NCBI GenBank assembly: GCA_965242865.1 | Contig: CBDETK010000013.1 | Coordinates: forward strand, 1,792,001-1,856,000 | Reading direction: 5' to 3' | Source of the DNA: Candidatus Latescibacterota bacterium | GTDB lineage: Bacteria > Latescibacterota > UBA2968 > UBA8231 | DNA: 64,000 nt | Shown here: in pieces, positions 60,420-64,000 of the stretch | Layout of the letters: each line of letters starts with the position of its first letter | How positions within the stretch are numbered: the stretch's first letter is position 1 | Position numbers and translations under genes: made by a program | The notes under the pieces: model-generated | What the model was told of the DNA's origin: nothing | Database searches by the model: none | What the model saw: the letters and a program-made list of their open reading frames with translations, nothing else

Positions 60420-62357
60420 CTAAAACGGCCCGGCGTGGTGCGAAGGCTCGTTGACGTAGCGTTGGGTCTCTAGGTCGAGGGTGATTTCGCAATGAGGCGG
60501 CAAGGCGATGCTCAGGTGCTTGCCGTTGACGGCCACTTGACGCTCTTCGGTCGCCAAGGGCACCGCCGCGTACGTACCGGCATAGCCGCCCAGCCAGCCC
60601 GGGTACTCGCTGGTGCGGCTGTGGTACGCGGCCCGGCCAAAGCGGTGCTCGCCAAAGGCGCCGCCCTGAATGACCAGTTCCCTGCTCTCGTTGGGGTTCA
60701 AATTGACCAAGCGCACGACCGTGCGGTTCGCTTCGAGCGTTTCCACCAAGGCCCCTACGTCGGCGGGCAGGCCGGGGCGGCCGCGCTGGGCGTCAAAGTA
60801 GCGCAGGCGGGTGTGCAGCAGGCCGCCGTTGTAGATGGGTTGTGGGCCGCCCAGCGTGAGTTGGATGAGCGCTTCGGACGAGACGGGATTGCCCCATTGC
60901 CAGTGGTGGACGTGATGGCGAGTGCCCACGTCTTGATCGGCGCGCAGTTGGGCCAAGCGGCGGCCGGCCACTTGGTACGTGGCCTGCAACATTTGCTCTG
61001 GATAGGTCGGGTTGGCGCCGGCCAAAAAGCGCACCCAAGGGGCCTCGTGGCCCGAGTCCTCTTTGTTGTGGAAGGGGAACACGGCCGCCCAGTCGAACGC
61101 TTCCTTTTGCCGAATGGCCTCCACGCGCTCCCAATCGGCCTCGTCCATGGACAAATTCCACAGGGTCACCGGGTACACCGGACTCATGGGCTGCCAGTCG
61201 AACCAGCCGGCGTCGCCGTAGCGGTAGGGCACCAGCAAGGTTTCGCGCTGCTCGCCCATGGCGGCAAATTGGCTCGCCCAGCGCTCGGCCACGCTCATGT
61301 ACTGATCGCGAATATCCTCCATGCGCCCTTGTTCCAAAATGCGGTCCATCTGCTGGCGCGGCAGGTCGAGATAGGCGCGGTCGCGGGTCAACAAGTAGGC
61401 GTTGGCCGCGGCGTCGAGGGTGGCCTTCTGCAACGTCAAAAAGCCGTGCGGAAAGGTCCAGCCGTAGCGGCCCCCGTACCAATTTCCAGCGCAGTATTCG
61501 CCCACTTGGCCGGACAAGCCGACGTTGTCGGGCAACAGGCCGCCGTTGGCGCGGGCGCGCTCCACCCAAGCGTCCGTGTATTCCACGACCCAAGCGCGGT
61601 ATTTTTCGTCGCCCGTGATCAGGAAGGCATTGGTCGCCAGCGAGGTGACGGCCAAGTTGGTCGGGGTGTCGCCCTGACGCCAGCGGTCGAACAGGGTTTG
61701 CCCCATCAGCCGAGCTTTGGCCGGGTCGGCCAAGTCCTGCACACAGGTGATGCCGGGCAAGTCAAAAAAGGGCAGGTCGTACACTTCCATGCTGCCGCCC
61801 AAGGGGTTGTAGCTTTGTCGGTCGCGCTCGGCGAGTGGGGCGAAGTAGGGGCCGTGGCTGCCGTTGAGGCCCGAGCGCAGGATTTTGTGCTCGGGGTCGT
61901 AGTTTTGCGCGTCCGGGTCTTCGTTGAGGTAAAAGCCGGCAAAGCGACAGGCCCGTTCGACGCGCCGCGGGGCATTGGGGTGGGCTAGGCACAAGTGATA
62001 AAAGCAGACGTCGCTTTCGGCTTGGTGCATCTGGTCTTCGCGGATGCCGTATTCCTTGCTGACCGTGCCCAAGCGGGTCAGTTGGCGGGTGATGGCCTCC
62101 CACTGGCGGTCGGCCAAGTGCAACAGGTGCTCGCCGCCGCCCATCAGATAAACGAGCGGCCAATTAAAAAAAGGCTCGTAGAAATCGTCGGGGCTGCCGC
62201 CGCCCCACTCGTCCTGCCAGATGAATTCGCCATCCTCGCGGGTGAAGTGGTCGAGGAAGGGCTGCACCGATTGGTCGAGGGCGTCGAACAGGCGACGCTG
62301 CCACACGGCCCAGTGGGCCGGTTCGTTGAGCGGGATATTGGCGGTCAGGCGTTGCAT
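60420..62357 (-). CDS. Conserved hypothetical protein (possible alpha/alpha-barrel carbohydrate-active enzyme)
   Basis: 645 aa with host-like codon usage; DDFYE.FFNWPL.YL.GG, PDNVG..G, G..GW.FPHG, RYFD...RPGLP. Fold is a guess. Confidence 0.7.
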   Translation of the reverse strand: MQRLTANIPLNEPAHWAVWQRRLFDALDQSVQPFLDHFTREDGEFIWQDEWGGGSPDDFYEPFFNWPLVYLMGGGEHLLHLADRQWEAITRQLTRLGTVSKEYGIREDQMHQAESDVCFYHLCLAHPNAPRRVERACRFAGFYLNEDPDAQNYDPEHKILRSGLNGSHGPYFAPLAERDRQSYNPLGGSMEVYDLPFFDLPGITCVQDLADPAKARLMGQTLFDRWRQGDTPTNLAVTSLATNAFLITGDEKYRAWVVEYTDAWVERARANGGLLPDNVGLSGQVGEYCAGNWYGGRYGWTFPHGFLTLQKATLDAAANAYLLTRDRAYLDLPRQQMDRILEQGRMEDIRDQYMSVAERWASQFAAMGEQRETLLVPYRYGDAGWFDWQPMSPVYPVTLWNLSMDEADWERVEAIRQKEAFDWAAVFPFHNKEDSGHEAPWVRFLAGANPTYPEQMLQATYQVAGRRLAQLRADQDVGTRHHVHHWQWGNPVSSEALIQLTLGGPQPIYNGGLLHTRLRYFDAQRGRPGLPADVGALVETLEANRTVVRLVNLNPNESRELVIQGGAFGEHRFGRAAYHSRTSEYPGWLGGYAGTYAAVPLATEERQVAVNGKHLSIALPPHCEITLDLETQRYVNEPSHHAGPF

Positions 62358-62526
62358 GGGGACTCCTGCGAGGTTTCGGGGGCGTTGGCCGAGGCTTACG
62401 CGGATGAGTTTAGTGGGAGAAAGCGCCGGTGTAAAGCCGCTTGACAGCGCGGGACGAAGCGGGCTTATTGCGCTAGGCCAGCGTCCCACCCCGTGGAAAT
62501 TGGGATATTGAGAAGAGGGTAGCACC

Positions 62527-62976
62527 ATGCGCTGCATCGCGGAAATCGCTCTGTGGGGCGCGGTTCTGTTGGAGGCGGCCGGTTGCACACCCGCCCTGCC
62601 TCCAGAGCCGTTGCGCATCCAAATCACCGGGGAAGAGTACACTTGGCAATTTCGCTACCCCGGCCCCGACGGCGCATTGCAGACCGACGACGATGTAATC
62701 AAGCCGGGCAAGGAATTGCACCTGCCGCTCGACCTAGCGATTGAACTCGAACTGACCAGTCGAGATTACATCTACACCTTCGCCCTGCCCCATCTCAACT
62801 TACATCAGGTGGCCGTGCCCGATTTGACCTTTGCGCTGGCCTTTACCCCGCGAGAAGCGGGCGCATTCTCCTTTGTCGGCGACCAAATGTGCGGCTTTGA
62901 ACACGAGTCGCTCAACGGCCGCGTGGTGATCGAGCCGCCAGCAGCTTTTGTCGATTGGCTGGCCGGGCCGCGATAG
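62527..62976 (+). CDS. Cytochrome c oxidase subunit II C-terminal (cupredoxin) domain lipoprotein with degenerate CuA site
   Basis: ITG..Y.W.FRYPGPDG, LHLP, LTSRD, DQMCGFEH; lipobox AAGC. Confidence 0.75.
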   Translation: MRCIAEIALWGAVLLEAAGCTPALPPEPLRIQITGEEYTWQFRYPGPDGALQTDDDVIKPGKELHLPLDLAIELELTSRDYIYTFALPHLNLHQVAVPDLTFALAFTPREAGAFSFVGDQMCGFEHESLNGRVVIEPPAAFVDWLAGPR

Positions 62977-62983
62977 ACTTGGG

Positions 62984-64000
62984 TTAGGCGTGTCGCGCTA
63001 GGACATCCTCGACATCGCCGGGGTCGTTTGACACGTCCCAAGACCAGCGGCCAAAGCTACCGTGTGCGTTGACGGCCTCCACCCACTGGCCGAGGAAACG
63101 GCGCTTGGTCCGCTCCTGCTCGCTATCTTGGCCCTTGGTCTCCAAAATCAAATGCTTCCCCGACTTGAAGCGGATGAGAAAGTCGGGGAAATAGCGCTTC
63201 ACGACGCCGTGGTACAGGTATTGCACCTTAAAGGCGAGATGGTCGTTTTTGGCCCAAGCGGCGACTTGGGGGTTGTGGTCCAGTGCAAAGGCTTCGGATG
63301 CTTCCCAAGCACTGTCGCAAACGCAGAAGTTGATGTGACTGTGGGCCGCGTGTTCACAAGGCTTGCTCGTGTACCAAGTCGCCATATCGCCAGTTGAGCA
63401 GATCGGGCGATCCCGGTCGAAGACCGGCACCAAGGTCTCGGTATTCTCAAAGCGGATCGCCTCCCATATATGTTGCACCACTTTGGTCATGTTGAGCGCG
63501 ATGATGAGGCGGCGACGGAGAGCGTCCTGCTCAAACAAGGACGGAGTAATGCGGATTTTGTCCGAGCAGACAAACTGCTCAACCAATAGAACGAGTTGGG
63601 CCAGTAAGTGCTCCCGGCTTCCCTTCCAATCCGTTTGCATCTGATCATACACCAACCGGGCCGTCTCAAAGGCGATGCGCTGTACGCGGTCAGTACGGCC
63701 CCGTTTCTCCAAGTCAATGCGGTCAATCTGTGAGACATTGGGTCTGCCCTCCACCATCGGGGCCAACTCGGCGAGGCGAGCCGTCTGACTAGCGTTCAAC
63801 TCCAGCGGTTCCACTGCGTCCCCGTCGAGCAATAGGCGCGGGCGGTACATATAGTCGATGCGGACGACATTGGGCCAGCGAATTTCAAAGCCAGCCTTGT
63901 CCACGACCGGCTCAATGGCGGTCTTGGGCTTGGGAGGGGGCGGAATGACGCCTTCTTGGGATTCGTGCGGCAGGAAGGTGAACGGCACGCCGAAGATATT
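62984..64000 (-). CDS. Type III restriction enzyme Res subunit, C-terminal part (5' partial)
   Basis: NIFGVPFTFLPHE, DS.WE, W.KNDHL.F, YFPDFLI...ILETKG, W..AVN..G.FG.W. Confidence 0.88.
   Translation of the reverse strand, partial: NIFGVPFTFLPHESQEGVIPPPPKPKTAIEPVVDKAGFEIRWPNVVRIDYMYRPRLLLDGDAVEPLELNASQTARLAELAPMVEGRPNVSQIDRIDLEKRGRTDRVQRIAFETARLVYDQMQTDWKGSREHLLAQLVLLVEQFVCSDKIRITPSLFEQDALRRRLIIALNMTKVVQHIWEAIRFENTETLVPVFDRDRPICSTGDMATWYTSKPCEHAAHSHINFCVCDSAWEASEAFALDHNPQVAAWAKNDHLAFKVQYLYHGVVKRYFPDFLIRFKSGKHLILETKGQDSEQERTKRRFLGQWVEAVNAHGSFGRWSWDVSNDPGDVEDVLARHA

Overview
High-GC bacterial chromosome segment. The T9SS-type C-terminal sorting domain, LRR/YWTD eukaryotic-like protein and GT39-like membrane protein suggest an FCB-group, Latescibacterota-like host-associated organism, possibly a sponge symbiont (inference only). 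The housekeeping backbone is glgC, trpBA, S1 protein, qor, lysC, recG, murG-HEAT/mraY, coaBC, cmk, yicC, BamA/BamB-like genes, dapF, an RND pump, cysQ, polX and udk. It is interrupted by AT-richer defence inserts with no integrase or transposase: (1) PHP-ATPase (Ppl/TrlF-like) + Schlafen/AlbA_2 + RmuC; (2) McrBC-like pair + convergent beta-class MTase, bracketed by a duplicated SDR 3' end; (3) an unknown two-gene cassette; (4) Dcm + NotI-family REase between 83-bp direct repeats, next to a decapitated older R-M system; (5) a decayed double MTase; (6) a partial type III Res. The most striking unannotated structure is a 2.5-kb transposase-less element (57831-60365). It has ~47-bp terminal inverted repeats, sits at the 3' foot of a duplicated REP-like stem-loop, and carries a structured leader plus an LRR-YWTD lipoprotein gene with mosaic repeats. 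The backbone appears strongly depleted of CCWGG. No rRNA, tRNA or CRISPR array was seen. All calls are by eye from motifs; no searches were run.
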